Numbered from the stretch's first letter, positions 25,843-39,388 are shown. The stretch: 64,000 bases of DNA from Octopus sinensis (GCF_006345805.1 NC_043001.1:51026001-51090000), one strand, 5' to 3'. The notes: generated from the letters alone by a model not told the origin. A program made the numbers and translations.

Positions 25843-27010
25843 GTGAGTCCGATTTCAGTTTTTGCCATTATTGTTGTTACTATGTGGCCTCTTAAACACG
25901 CTTGTGCTATGTAGGTAATCAGTTGACTGGCCTGTTGTAACCGACAGATCTGTAGTTCCAGATATACCAGGTGGACCTCTATAACCATTATGTTTGGGTT
26001 CACAAATTATCCGCCACAAAGTCCAGTCTTTGTTGCAGTGTATCTTACGTTAACCTGGCAGAGAAGCAATCCTAAGAGCTATGCCAGCAGAGCCCAAGCC
26101 CCTTGTAGGTTTCCTATGCTGGACAACTCAAAGGATAGGATAGAGGCCAAGCTAATATAAACCACCTCTTCCCAGAGAAAAAAATGGGTGTGCTTAGGGC
26201 TAACATCCCTACCTAGGAGAAAGCAAGTTACAGAAGCATCGATGGCAATTGAGAACCAGCAAGACCTGAAAGAGAAAGGCCTTTTCTTGGGGTAACATAT
26301 GATAGCATGCAGCAAAATCTGAAAGGAAAATGCAGTAACCTAACTAGAGAGAAGCAGAAATGACATTTCAGAGTTGAGAATAGTAAAGAATAGTTGTCAA
26401 TAGCCCATGCTCCATAGGAAGCAAAGGGTTTAACAATCTCAACCAAATAAAATAAATAAATAAATAAGCTTGTGTTAACTGTCCTCATTTCAGCTGTTCA
26501 TGTAATGGTACACTAATCCATAAACACTCATAAAGTCTGAATTTAGCTTGAAACTGAGTGAGGTGAAAATAATGATAAATACCTCTAGCACTCTCTAGGA
26601 CACCAATTTGTCATAGCAAACACATCCAGAAAGTTTGATATCTATTCATACCCACAGCTTGGAAAACTATAAAACTATAACAAATACTGGTATGCAGAAA
26701 ATTTGAACTTACTGCTAAACACTATACTGCCTTCCATATTTAATTAATTTTGTTTACCATAGATTTGCTTTCCTAATTTTGTTTACCATAGATATGCTTT
26801 CCTAATTTTGTGATCCAAAATGTTTGAGAACCCTTATAATACTATGTATATCACACAATGTTGTACAGCTGCTAGAGGTGTAGATAATCTACTATAATCC
26901 CCTTCTGAGTGGATTTAGTAGATGGAAACTGAAAGAAGACTGTCACACACACACATTTATATATATGTGTGTGTGTGTGTAAAAGTGTATATATTTATAT
27001 ATATATATAT

Positions 27011-27213
27011 ATTCTTATCTTTTATTCTTTTATTTGTTTCAGTCATTTGACTGTGGCTATGCTGGAGCACTGTCTTTAGTCAAACAAATCGACCCCAGGA
27101 TGTATTCTTTGTTAGCCTAGTACTTATTCTATCTGCTAAGTTACAGGGACATAAACACATCAACATCGTTTGTCAAGCGATGGTGGGGGGACAAACACAC
27201 ACACACACACACA

Positions 27214-27247
<34 letters not shown>

Positions 27248-27269
27248 CATACATACATACATACATACA

Positions 27270-27321
<52 letters not shown>

Positions 27322-27480
27322 CGACAGGCTTCTTTCAGTTTCTTTCTACCAAATCCTCTCACAAGGCTTTGGTTGACCTGAGGCTATAGTAGAAAACACT
27401 TGCCCAAGATAACACACAGTAGGACTGAACCCAGAATCACGTAGTTGGTAAGCAAGTTACTTACCACACAGCCACTCCTA
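27011..27480 (-). mobile_element. tRNA-derived SINE with internal (CA)/(CATA) microsatellite
   Basis: Reverse complement of the 17699 family. Confidence 0.85.
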
Positions 27481-27763
27481 TCTATGTCTTTGTGTTTGTT
27501 TTTATCCCCCCACCATCTCTTGACAGCTGATGTTGGTGTGTTTAATTCCCCCATAACTTAGTAGTTCAACAAATGCGACTGATAGAATAAGGACCAGGCT
27601 TAACAAAATTAAGTGCTGGGGTCAATTCATGTGACAAAAAATTCTTCCAGATGGTGTCCCAGCATGGCTGCTGTCTAATGACTGAAACAAGTAAAAGATA
27701 AAGATCACAAAAAAAGGTTCATTTGATATTTGGGAAATGCTGAACTTTGTTTTTCTATTTCAG

Positions 27764-27847
27764 AGACTGATATTTGTGATAGAAATCCTTGTAAATATGG
27801 TAATTGTTTAGTTGTCAGACATCATTATGAGTGTGACTGCTTTCCAG
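27764..27847 (+). CDS. Exon 7; EGF repeat
   Basis: ttctatttcag acceptor, G|gtattt donor, phase 1/1; TDICDRNPCKYGNCLVVRHHYECDCFP. Confidence 0.92.
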
Positions 27848-28128
27848 GTATTTATATCGCTTTCTTTTATATACACATACATAAGCAAGCATGTGCACAC
27901 ACACATATAGGCATATACAGATCACACTGGTGCCCCTGATACTTCATCAGGAGTTGCAGGGACACTAGTTGTAACATGTGGTGTATCTTGGGTACTTTTT
28001 AAACCTTTTGGAGCCCTTTCCTCATCAGATCTGAACTAGATGATTTATTCCAGTGAGAGAGAAAGATATATATATATATATATATATATAATAATAATAA
28101 TATATATATATATAATATATATAATAAT

Positions 28129-28190
<62 letters not shown>

Positions 28191-28195
28191 TAATA

Positions 28196-28432
28196 ATCCT
28201 TTCTACTAATGGAACAAGGGGCCTGAAATTTTGGGGAAAGAGGATAGTATTGACTCTAATACTCAACTGGCACTTATTTTATTAACCCCAAAAGGATGAA
28301 AGGCATAGTCAACCTCAGCAGAATTTGAACTCAGAACATAATGACACAAAATACTGCTAAGCATACTGCTTGATATGTTAATGATTCTGCCAGCACACTG
28401 CCTTAATAATAATAATAATAATAATAATAATG

Positions 28433-28510
<78 letters not shown>

Positions 28511-28946
28511 TAATAATAATAATAATATAATAATAATAATAATAATAATGATCTTTTCTACTCTAGGCACAAAGACCTAAATTTTGGGAGGAGGGGACCA
28601 GTCGATTAGATCGGCCCCAGTACACAACTGGTACTTAATTTATCGATCCCGAAGGGATGAAAGGCAAAGTCAACCTCGGCAGAATTTGAACTCAGAACAT
28701 AAAGACAGACGAAATACCTATTTCTTTACAACCCACAAGGGGCTAAACACAGAGGGGACAAACAAGGACAGACACACGGATTAAGTCGTTTATATCGACC
28801 CCAGTGCGTAACTGGTACTTATTTAATCAACCCTGAAAGGATGAAAGGCAAAGTCGACCTCAGCGGAATTTGAACTCAGACTGTAGCAGCAGACGAAATA
28901 CCGCAAAGCATTTCACCTGGCATGCTAACGTTTTTGCCTACTTGCC
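28196..28946 (-). mobile_element. Cluster of three SINE copies (GGCGGTGAGCTGGCAGAA family) separated by (TAA)n
   Basis: Repeated AAAGGATGAAAGGCAAAGTC...GAATTTGAACTCAGA motif at about 28290, 28655 and 28835. Confidence 0.8.
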
Positions 28947-29279
28947 GTCCTAACGCATTAAATATCTTGGATGATATAATTCTAAATACACTCTGCCTGA
29001 AGAAAATACAAGATGATCTCAGTTGCAATGTTTGTTAAATCAGGAATGGCTTGCAGCTAAACTAAAAAGAAAAATAAATACTTAGTACTTAAAAAACTTT
29101 CAATTGTCTTGCAATGAAAGTGTAAAATAAATATTCTATGAGCAAGTATACAAGATGTCCTGGAAAGTCATCTCTTCCAAATGTGTTCCTCTTCTCTAGA
29201 ATAGCTTCCAATAGCTGAAGAAGTGTCTATATTTAATTGGAATGTCAAAATTACTAATTAATCTAATTTTTTTTCCCAG

Positions 29280-29396
29280 GTTATAAAGGAGAAAATTGTT
29301 CTGTTAGTATTGATCCCTGTATATCAGATCCCTGCTACCATAATGGTACATGCCAATTTACTAAGGATGGCAATTACACATGTTTCTGTGACCCAA
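29280..29396 (+). CDS. Exon 8; EGF repeat
   Basis: tttttttcccag acceptor, A|gtaagt donor, phase 1/1; YKGENCSVSIDPCISDPCYHNGTCQFTKDGNYTCFCDP. Confidence 0.93.
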
Positions 29397-29671
29397 GTAA
29401 GTATCATTATTGTTAACTTAGAAAAAAATACCATTGTAGATTTCTCTGATGTATCTGTCTCCATCTGTCTGTCAGCCTGTCTAACTATTCATATCTATAC
29501 CAAAGTAACTTGTTTCCCAACCACATGGTTCCTGGTTCAGTCTCACTGCATGGCATCTTGGGCAAGTGTCCTCTATTATAGCCTCGGGCCAACCAAAGCC
29601 TTGTGAGTGGATTTGGTAGACAGAAATTGAAATAAGTATATATATATATATATATATAAAACAGAGTTTAA

Positions 29672-30457
29672 GTGTGTGTGTGTGTGTGTGTGTGCATAAG
29701 TTATCTATGGATTTGAAAACTGAGTTGCTGATTTTAATGTATGAGGTATCAAAAGATTCAGTAATCTTTCCGTTACCAAACAGAGTAAGTTTTTTTGCAC
29801 TAAAGGCAGCAACTCTGCCTGAATAAGCAATGTCATAGATCATAATGAGAAGATGCTTAAAATACATGAAGATATACCATCAACTTTATTAGTATTATTT
29901 AGTAGATAATCTTATAATGTGAAGTATATTTGTCTGTATTTTGTTTAGCCCAGAGTTGACTCTGATGTAGCAGACCCATTGCATAGAGTGTGTTTCAAGA
30001 GAGATTTGGCTGCTATTTGTAGTAGCTCAAGTTATCACAGACATACCTTTTTGTGTGTGTGTGTGTGTGTTGTGTGTGTGCATAAGTTATCTATGGATTT
30101 GAAAACTGAGTTGCTGATTTTAATGTATGAGGTATCAAAAGATTCAGTAATCTTTCCGTTACCAAACAGAGTAAGTTTTTTTGCACTAAAGGCAGCAACT
30201 CTGCCTGAATAAGCAATGTCATAGATCATAATGAGAAGATGCTTAAAATACATGAAGATATACCATCAACTTTATTAGTATTATTTAGTAGATAATCTTA
30301 TAATGTGAAGTATATTTGTCTGTATTTTGTTTAGCCCAGAGTTGACTCTGATGTAGCAGACCCATTGCATAGAGTGTGTTTCAAGAGAGATTTGGCTGCT
30401 ATTTGTAGTAGCTCAAGTTATCACAGACATACCTTTTTGTGTGTGTGTGTGTGTGTG
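29672..30457. repeat. Direct tandem duplication, 386-bp unit, two copies bounded by (GT)n
   Basis: CATAAGTTATCTATGG at 29695 and 30081; no difference found between units outside the GT tracts. Confidence 0.95.
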
Positions 30458-30943
30458 TTTTGTTGTGGTGGAAAAAATACTTATTCTCAGAATATTTTGC
30501 ACCATAATCTTTTAAGAAATCTGGACATTTTTCTTCTTGCTTATCATTCAACTTCAAATTACAATTGTTAATTGTTGGAAGTCAAGTAGACTGAGATGTA
30601 TATATACAGTTAGCATATAGAGAGGAAGTTCAATACAAAGTTTTGAACTCATCATCTTGTGGTTAGTAATCCATTACCATAATTTTGAAGCCATTAAGTC
30701 TTTAAATATTATTTTACTGGGTTTAGTCTTTCGACTGTCGCCATGATGGGGTATCACCTTCAAAACTTTAGTTGTTCATCCTGTACTTCGGTACGTGTTT
30801 CAATCTGGCATTTATTTTATAGATCTCTGTTTGATGAACTGTCAACTTTGAGACATAGTGGGATACAATACTTGATTTAACAACAAATGTAAACATGCAC
30901 AGACAGACAGACAGACACACATTCTCAGTTTTATATATATAGA

Positions 30944-31141
30944 TATAAATTAGAGAAAAACCACTATTATGCAATTCAAACAATGATAGACATAAACCAA
31001 ATCATAAATTCAAAATAAGATATATTTTAAAACATATAACTATGTGATCTAGTTATAAGTTTTAAAATATATCTTATTTTTTATTTATGATTTGGTTTAT
31101 GTCTATCATTGTTTGAATTGCATAATAGTGGTTTTTCTCTA

Positions 31142-31148
<7 letters not shown>
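30944..31148. repeat. AT-rich near-perfect palindrome (about 99-bp arms, 7-nt loop)
   Basis: TATAAATTAGAGAAAAACCAC...TATAACTA tgtgatc TAGTTATA...GTGGTTTTTCTCTAATTTATA. Confidence 0.9.
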
Positions 31149-31220
<72 letters not shown>

Positions 31221-31645
31221 TATACATGTATGTATGTATATATTTATGTGTGTGTGTGTGTGTCTGTGTTTGTGCTTGACAACCAATGCTGGTGTGTTTA
31301 TGACTCTGTAACGTAGAAGTTTGGCAAAAAAGACTGATAGAATAAGTACCAGGCTTACAAAGAATAAGTCCTTGGGTCGATTTGCTCGACTAAAGGCAGT
31401 GCTCCAGCATAGCCGCAGTCAAATGACTGAAACAAGTAATATAAATAAAAGAATAAAAGAACATTGGACAAAGTGCTCAGCAGCATTTCTCACAGTCCTT
31501 TATGTTCTGAGTTCAAATTTTGCTCAGGTCAACTTTGCCTTTCATCCTTTTGGGATGATAAAACAACTACCATTTGAAATTGGGGTTGATGTAATTGACT
31601 TACCCCTCTCTTAAAATTGCTGCCCTTATGCCTATATTTGAAATC

Positions 31646-32042
31646 ATTCTCTTTTACTCGTTTCAGTCATTTGACTGTGGCACCGTCTTTAGTTGAGCAA
31701 ATCGACCCCAAGACTTATTCTTTGTAAGCCTAGTACTTATTCTATCAGACTTTTTTGCCGAACTGCTAAGTTACGGGGACGTAAACACACCAGCATCGGT
31801 TGTCAAGTGATGTTGAGGGGACAAATACAGACACACAAACATATACACACACATACATATATATATATATACATATATACGACGGGCTTCTTTCAGTTTC
31901 CGTCTACGAAATCCACTCACAAGATTTGGTCAGCCCGAGGTTATAGTAGAAGACATTTGCCCTAGGTGCCACGCAGTGGGACTGAACCCGGAACCATGTG
32001 GTTGGTAAGCAAGCTACTTACCACACAGCCACTCCTATGCCT
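31646..32042 (-). mobile_element. tRNA-derived SINE with internal microsatellite
   Basis: Reverse complement of the 17699 family, little diverged. Confidence 0.85.
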
Positions 32043-32381
32043 AGAAAGAACAAAAACAAACAAACATGCAAAGGGGACAACAGTGAACATTTCTAGATTC
32101 TCACTAATCAAAGGAAGTTAAGTCTTTGTCCTTGTTTACTAGCACTGTAGTAACTAGCTTAGTACAGAGAAATGTTTCAAAAACGTTTAATTGTACTGAG
32201 AAATAAAGAAACCCTATATAATTTATTTGCTAGTATACCTGTCATGAAAATGATGGAATTTTGAAATAAAAAGCTGAAACTGGTGTTTGAAAAATGCACC
32301 AATATAATAGTGTTTTTGTTTCGATTAATTTTGAAAATAGTGAAGTATTTTGTAAAATAATTTTGTCATCAAGCTGTGAAG

Positions 32382-32700
32382 GCAAGTGGCTTAGTGGTTA
32401 AACTGTCAGGCTCACAATCAAGAGGTAGTGAGTTCAATTCCCAGACCAGGCTGTGTGTTGTGTTCTTAAGCAAGACACTTTATTTCATGTTGCTCCAGTT
32501 CACTCAGCTGTAGAAATGGGTTGCGATGTCACTGGTGCCTTTGCCTTTCTCTTGGATAACATTGGTGTCATGGAGAGAGGTGGTTGGTATGCATGGGTGA
32601 CTGCTGGTCTTCCAAAAACAATCTTGCCTGGACTTGTACATTGGAGGGGAAATTGCTAGGTGCAATCCCATGCTCATTCATGACTGAAGGATATCTTTAC
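32382..32700 (+). mobile_element. tRNA-derived SINE (third family)
   Basis: GGCAAGTGGCTTAGTGGTTAAA (A box)...GAGTTCAATTCCC (B box)...CTTAAGCAAGACACTT; inverted copy at about 46190-46520. Confidence 0.75.
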
Positions 32701-33865
32701 CCATTATGAAGCTGGTATTTAGAACAAATTAATATGAAATTTTGAATTAAAACCTTCTCTCAAAATTTCATGTCAGCTTATATTCCAAACACCAAATGAA
32801 TAATGAGAAAATTTTTTTTATTAAATTCTGCATGGTTTCCAAAATCAATTGAAACAAAAGTACTGTATTTTAACAGAAATAGGGTAACAAAAATATTGTT
32901 TATTGAACATACTTTGAAAGATCAATTCCAAATAAATAAATAAATTGGAAGGAAAGTTTTATGCAAATCATTTTAACCATTTATTGAGCTTAAAATGGTA
33001 AAAACTTCATTTAATTGTTAAGGTATCTATTATAATTCTTTTATTAAATCATTGGTGAGCCTATGGATTGGATATGATTCAATTGCTTTGAAAAAGCGAC
33101 AGCAATTCACAGATATTAAAAGTTGTTCATATTCATGACTTATGCCTTTTTTTCTATATTGAGCATCGCTAGAGCTCACCTATTGACTGTATATATATCC
33201 TTGACTGAGGATAGAAAACTCCGAATGATCCGTCCTTGTTTTCTTATTTTTATTTCACCTAACTGTCTGGATGTTTTGCGTTCTTGACCCATTTTTGTAT
33301 ATATATATTATATATATATATATATCTTTTATCTTTTACTTGTTTCAGTCATTAGTTACTCTATCCAGATTACAAGTTCAGGTTTATACCTGTAATTATT
33401 GGGGCCCTGGGATAAGTAATACACTGCCTAAATACCAATCTTGAGAAATTAGGCTTCTCAAAACCAGACAGGAGAATGCTAATTTGAAGACTATAGATCT
33501 AATCTATCATTGGAACTGTAAAAATTTGTAAAACTTTTCAGAAGTTTATCATTTAAATATATATAAGCATGCCTAGACACGCAAATATATGCATGAGAAT
33601 ACATACATAACACATACAAATCTGCACATACACACATACATACATACAAACGAAATACCCTGTTGTTGATGTTGAAATTCCAGGAAGGAGCCTTGGATCT
33701 AGGTTAGAAACCGTTTGTTCTCTATTGGCAAGAAATCTTGAAATAAACTGAATAATGACACACATACATACATGTACACAACAAAGTTTATCATAAGAGA
33801 TTTTCTGTCTTTATGATCTCTAGCACGAGAACACTAGATGGAAGAATCTAAAGAATATTTAAATA

Positions 33866-34082
33866 AGTTGGTGAGCTGGCAGAAATGTTAGTACACCAGG
33901 TGAAATGCTTAGTGGTATTTCATCTGTCTTTATGTTCTGAGTTCAAATTACACTAAGGTCAACTTTACCTTTCATCCTTTTGGGGTCAATGAATTAAGTA
34001 GCAGTTGCATAATGGGGTCGATCTAATCAACTGGCTCCCTTCCCAAAAAATTTTGGGCCTTGTGCCTAGAGTGAAAAAAGAG
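33866..34082 (+). mobile_element. SINE (GGCGGTGAGCTGGCAGAA family)
   Basis: GGTGAGCTGGCAGAAATGTTAG...GAGTTCAAATT...CCTTTCATCCTTTTGGGGTC...GCCTAGAGTGAAAAAG. Confidence 0.8.
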
Positions 34083-35186
34083 TTTCAATTGAATTCAAAT
34101 CTTGCCAAGGTAGTCTTTGCCTTTTCTTTTTTAAGAGTCAATAGATATAAGTATGAGTCAAGTATTGAGATCAATCAAGTCAACTCTGTTCTCTCCCAAA
34201 TTTATTGTATTGTGCTTAAGTTATTAGAAATTACTCTTTTTATGTGCTTTTTACCCTAACTATATCTACTTGTTCTGATTCTGTTCTAGAACAAACAAAA
34301 TCTCACTTACATTGGTTTTTAAGCATGAGATTAAAGCCAAAGATTTTAGGGAGAGAAAATAGTTGATTATATCAATCCCAGGATCTAATTCAATATTTTA
34401 GAGACCTAAGACAAGTGAAAAACTAAGTGAACCCTGGTGGGATTTGAAATAAGAATGTAGAAGGTTGCATGTTCGAATCACGTCAGGGACACCATTTTAT
34501 AGTGGCTGTCGTTGGCTGTTCAAGTGCATGTTACCAAATGAAAAAACAGTTAGTATCAATCACCATAAGACATTTTTGTGTATAAATATATTGTTTATTC
34601 TGTGTTCACTTTTTGTAGTGGAAGCATATAGTATGATACAAAAACGTGTGTGTTTACATACAAAGAAAATTTTGATTCTTGCTTTTGCACTGAAGGAAGT
34701 AACATGTAATATTTGTATTACAGTTTGTATGCATGTGTGTAACAAGAACAGTCATTTTGAGAATGTGTGTGTGATAAAATACCCTCATTTATGAACCATA
34801 TATCTTGTGTAGAGGTGACTAGACATGAGAGTCACACATGGGAGATTGTGCATGGAGCTGCAGAGAAGACATGTGTCTTTTACCAAAGCCTGGCAGGAAC
34901 TAAGGCTGTTTCTACAGTGTAGCTCAGAATGAGGCTATTGTATCAAAGCGAGGCTAGTGTATCAAAGTGAGGCTAGATGCCTCATTGATATATTTGTCTG
35001 CTGTGCAGGTCAACTCATGTACAATAGTAACTAAATACTTCAAGAATTTTTGTCCAAGTTTCTAACAATTTTGCCAATCTACTGTCCTTAAAAAAAAACC
35101 CAGAAATATTTACTCAAAAAGTATTACCACTAAATTTTGTGAAAACAGCATTTTAAATTCATACTGTGACCAATTATCAATTTCAG

Positions 35187-35322
35187 ATTTTGTTGGTCGT
35201 AACTGTGAAACGAATATTAATCACTGTAAGGTGGATAGTTGCAAAAATAATGGAACCTGCCAGAATCTATACAGTACCTTCAGATGCCTGTGTCCTTCTT
35301 GGAATCAGTATACTGGAGATTT
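35187..35322 (+). CDS. Exon 9; EGF repeat
   Basis: aatttcag acceptor, TT|gtaagt donor, phase 1/2; FVGRNCETNINHCKVDSCKNNGTCQNLYSTFRCLCPSWNQYTGD. Confidence 0.93.
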
Positions 35323-35458
35323 GTAAGTGGTTTTATTTTATTATATAATTACTTAATCTTGAGGAAGAAAGCTGTGTTCACGACTTTTTATAGGGCTTTT
35401 GAGACTGGTAGGAAGGAGAGATAATGGTATCCCTAAACTACATATATATACATATACT

Positions 35459-35694
35459 GGAGTAAACACATAAATGTGAAACAAGGTGGAAAAAAGAGTA
35501 CTCAAATACCAGGGGTAGAGTAATATGCTTTATTTAAAAACAGCAGAAATTCAGCAAAACCTGTTACTCGGAGTTTCACGTTCCTGTTCGTCGGACAGTT
35601 TTTTTTTTTTTAACAAAACTGTCTGACGAACGGGAACGTGAAACTCCGAGTAACAGGTTTTGTTGAATTTCTGCTGATTTTAAATAAAGTATAT

Positions 35695-35695
<1 letters not shown>
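35459..35695. mobile_element. Small fold-back element with a hammerhead motif in each arm
   Basis: Arms 35523-35602 and 35615-35695 are inverted around a poly-T spacer; about 65 nt unpaired 5' extension. Confidence 0.8.
35615..35661 (+). ncRNA. Minimal type I hammerhead ribozyme motif (intact core)
   Basis: AAAACUGU CUGACGA ACG ggaa CGU GAA ACUC c GAGU A ACAG-G-UUUU; predicted cleavage after 35652 (GUA). Confidence 0.78.
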
Positions 35696-35742
<47 letters not shown>

Positions 35743-36369
35743 CTATATACATGTAGACATACAATCATACACTCACACACAACCAAACATTCTCACTTAC
35801 ACACATAGTAGCATACATAGAGATACATATAGACACATATACACATAAAGAGGTGTCTAGGCCTTCTGACTGTTGAGTTTTTCTGTTATTTATGAATGGT
35901 GCTATCTATCACTGTTTTATAGTGTGAATAAATATTCTACTGATATTTTCACTTTAATATAATGCTTCTCAAAATGAGCAATACTGCTCCCTTGGAAGAG
36001 GATAGTTTTTTTAAGGATGCAAGAGACAAAGGCATCAACTTATAAGTGTAATATTATGATTAATTGCTTGTTAGCCATAATTGCAATAATAACAATAATA
36101 ATAGCATCAACAACAGACTTTGAAATGTGAATAAGAAAAATAATGAAAACAGTATACCACCTACACTTATAGCATTCACTTATCTCAGAGTAATGCTGCC
36201 ATAAGTAGTCACCCATATCACTCTAGAACCAGGAACTAAATAATTGCTCTGGCCTGATACTACATGTATGTACATTATAGACAGGGGCTATGGTTGAATT
36301 GTAGCAAGCAGGTTTTGAAATTGAAAAAATATTAGTAAAAGAAATAAGATGATAGTTAAAAAAACCGTT

Positions 36370-36785
36370 TTAGACCTTTAGCATTCAGTTCATACTCTAA
36401 GGTGGTGAGCTGGCAGAATTGTTAGTACGCCAGGCAAAATGCTTAGCAGTATTTTGTCTGTCTTTACTTTCTGAGTTCAAGTCCCACCAAGGTCAACTTT
36501 GCCTTTCATCCTTTCGGGTCAATAAATTAAATACCAGTTGTGTACTGTGGTCGATCTAATCGACTGGCCCCTACCCCAAAATTTCGGGCCTTATACCTAG
36601 AGTAGAAAAGATTCAGTTTATACTCTGTCAAATGTAATGCTTGTTTATGAACATTATTTTGAATTAATCGTGCCTTATCTTATAGCTTTGTGATTTCAAT
36701 GATATAATTGTTTATTTTTAGAGTTACATTGTATGGTAGGTGTGAGAAGCTTGATTTAGCTGTTTTGAACATAAAACAACTTAAA
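36370..36785. mobile_element. TTAA-type MITE interrupted by a SINE (36399-36610) with 16-bp TSD
   Basis: ATTCAGTTCATACTCT (36383-36398) / ATTCAGTTTATACTCT (36611-36626) flank the SINE; outer sequence matches the 953/39630 MITE. Confidence 0.8.
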
Positions 36786-37743
36786 GGATTAGAGTAATCC
36801 TCAGGTAGGGTCAGCATGACATAGTGTGTGATAAGGCTAGAACACAGAATTACAGACACAATCTCTCTGATGCACTTTCATGCAGTTTCTCTTGGTTGTA
36901 GGAATATTTAGTAATCACAAAACACCTAGAAATTGAACCCAGATCAGTGGATTTGATACAAAAGATCAAATTACTTGAATGTGATTCACTCAAATGTTAC
37001 CGATGCCATCAAAATTTTAACCATTCAAAAATTCTGGTGGAACAGGATTAAATCTTTGGTGTGCTTTTTCTGACCAAGAGCACTGGCTATATATTTCCTG
37101 CATTTTAACCACTAATGAGTGGAAACTAGAGCAGACAGCTGATAGCAGCAGAGAACTGTCTGTGGCACCAAAATGGTTAACAACAATGATTAACAACAAT
37201 GGTTAACACCATGGTGATGGTGGCAGCAACACACCTTAATCAGCTAACTCCATGAAACACACAACTACTTTTATATCTGATCCAACAACATCTCATATGA
37301 ACTTCAAACTTTTTTACTTGTGTAACCATCTTTTCTTTGCTGTTTGTAGTAACAATAATATTAATTTGTTAATGATAAATAAATATTTTTGCATTTAAAA
37401 CCTCATTAGAATTTGTATTCATTTGATCTGTATCAACTCAATACTGAATTGTAACACTATTCACACACCATCAGAAACATATCATCACTAAATTTCTCTT
37501 TAATTCTAACCTGTAAGAATTGGGTTGATATGAAGTTATGGAAGAAGATACTTAACTAGGACCTCATGATTGTGAAATGAAATTCTTGAATATTTGACCA
37601 TATTTGTATCTCTGTAGATACCTACATACCTACCTACATATATAGACGCACTCACAAGTATACATACACAAACACACAAAATCCTTGTTCAAGATTGACA
37701 ATAATTTAAATGCTTTACAACTATAAAATCTGTCTAATTTCAG

Positions 37744-37874
37744 TTGTAATGAAACCACAAGTCCCTGTAGTTCGTCACCATGTCACAGCAATGCTACATG
37801 TATTCTTCATGGCAAAAATTTCTATTGTGAATGTCCTTCAGGGTATACTGGAGAACTCTGCAATATTGATATTG
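37744..37874 (+). CDS. Exon 10; EGF repeat
   Basis: ctaatttcag acceptor, G|gtatgg donor, phase 2/1; CNETTSPCSSSPCHSNATCILHGKNFYCECPSGYTGELCNIDI. Confidence 0.93.
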
Positions 37875-38001
37875 GTATGGTTCATTGATTTAAATTTTTT
37901 TCAAACTACATTAATTAATTACTTTATAATTTTCTTGTGTGTTTAAAAGGAAAATAAAAATGTGAATATAATTTATTTAGCTGGAAGAGATATGGTAATG
38001 A

Positions 38002-38192
38002 AATGGCCGGTGGCATATAAATGCACCCACTACACTCTCGGAGTGGTTGGCATTAGGAAGGGCATCCATCTGTAGAAACTCTGCCAGATCAAGATTGGAA
38101 CCTGGTGCAGCCATCTAGTTCGCCAGCCCTCAGTTAAATCGTCCAACCCATGCTAGCATGGAAAGTGGACGTTAAATGATAATGATGATGAT
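38002..38192 (+). mobile_element. Extreme 3' end of the RTE LINE
   Basis: CACTACACTCTCGGAGTGGTTGG...CCAACCCATGCTAGCATGGAAAGTGGACGTTAAA(GAT)n, as at 7800-7958 and 16800-16968. Confidence 0.85.
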
Positions 38193-39388
38193 CATCATCA
38201 TCATATATTGGATTTATACTAAATTAGCGATGAGATTAATGTAAGGATTAGGTGTGGGTATTAAAATGAGTGACAAATTAAGCCCACTAAGGTGCTGTGC
38301 TATGGAATTGAACCTCAATCTCATGATTGCAAAATGAAGTTTTTAATGAGATGGTTACACCAGCACTTGTACATCTTGTTCTGGAGACAATTATAAATAA
38401 TAATAACTCAATACTTGTTGTCTTTGAGAAATTAAAAATGTGGAGCATTATATTTCCATGCCATTTGAGAAATGAACTTGTTTGGTACATGTAGTTCAAA
38501 TTTGTAGAAAACAAAAGACAAAGACAGGTGAGGCAACAACAAATAGGTGTATTAGTTTGATGCCTAGGAAGAATGGTATAGTCTTTGATGTTTTGAGTCT
38601 ATGCTCTTTGACAGAAAGTGATTTGTTGAAATAAAATGAAGAACAAAAAAAATGGAGAAAAAAAAAATGTGTATGGATTATCACTTTAAAATGATGAAAT
38701 GTTTAACCCTTAGGAGACGATGGCCAATCTCTCAGCTGAAGATTTGAATGGTGAAGAAGATTGTATTAGTTCACTCAATTTCCTACAAAAATATATATAG
38801 TTTTATGTATGTAAAGTAATTACTTATTTTTTTAAATGATATTTTTAAAAAAATTAAGTGCATGCCCTCTGTAGGGCTTGTGTAAAGGGTTCCATCTTCT
38901 TGGCACTGGAACTCCAAATGAGGCTCCATCTTCAAAGAGTTAATAATATATGGGCAGGGAATTTGGTTACAACTTAAAACTATGTGGTCAATACAGGCAA
39001 TGAATATTTAACAATTCAGTGGAATTGCTTTGTAAAATGACTGAGAAATAGCACTTCTGATATGCTACATACAGAGGAACAGCTGGATGCCCTTCCTAAC
39101 ACCAACATAGTCCAGCCACCGGATGCCGAAACCTGGGACATATATTTATATTACAAGCAGACTGCAGGTTAACTGAGAAAATAGCTATGTTGTTCCATTT
39201 CTTGAGGATAAAGAATATATTGTAAATGAAAGGTGTTGATCAGGTCAACTAATCAATTCTAATCTCATACAATTCATTAAAAAAAATCTGTTAGCAGTGA
39301 AGATTATAATCTTTCATTTCATAATAAAGCAAAAGTGAAATTGTGTAGATAATATTTATTCAAGTTTGATGTTAATGTTGTCTTTTAG

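Noticed and set aside
25040-26320. Segments resembling RTE 5' UTRs, which can carry HDV-like ribozymes
   Set aside because: I could not build the nested double pseudoknot by eye; an HDV descriptor search would be needed.
27940-28035. Two minus-strand CTGATGA motifs
   Set aside because: No correctly placed GAAA and no stem I.
33190-33295. CTGAGGA...TCCGAATGATCCGTC in a pLTR-looking segment
   Set aside because: No A15.1-U16.1 pair or stem I could be built.
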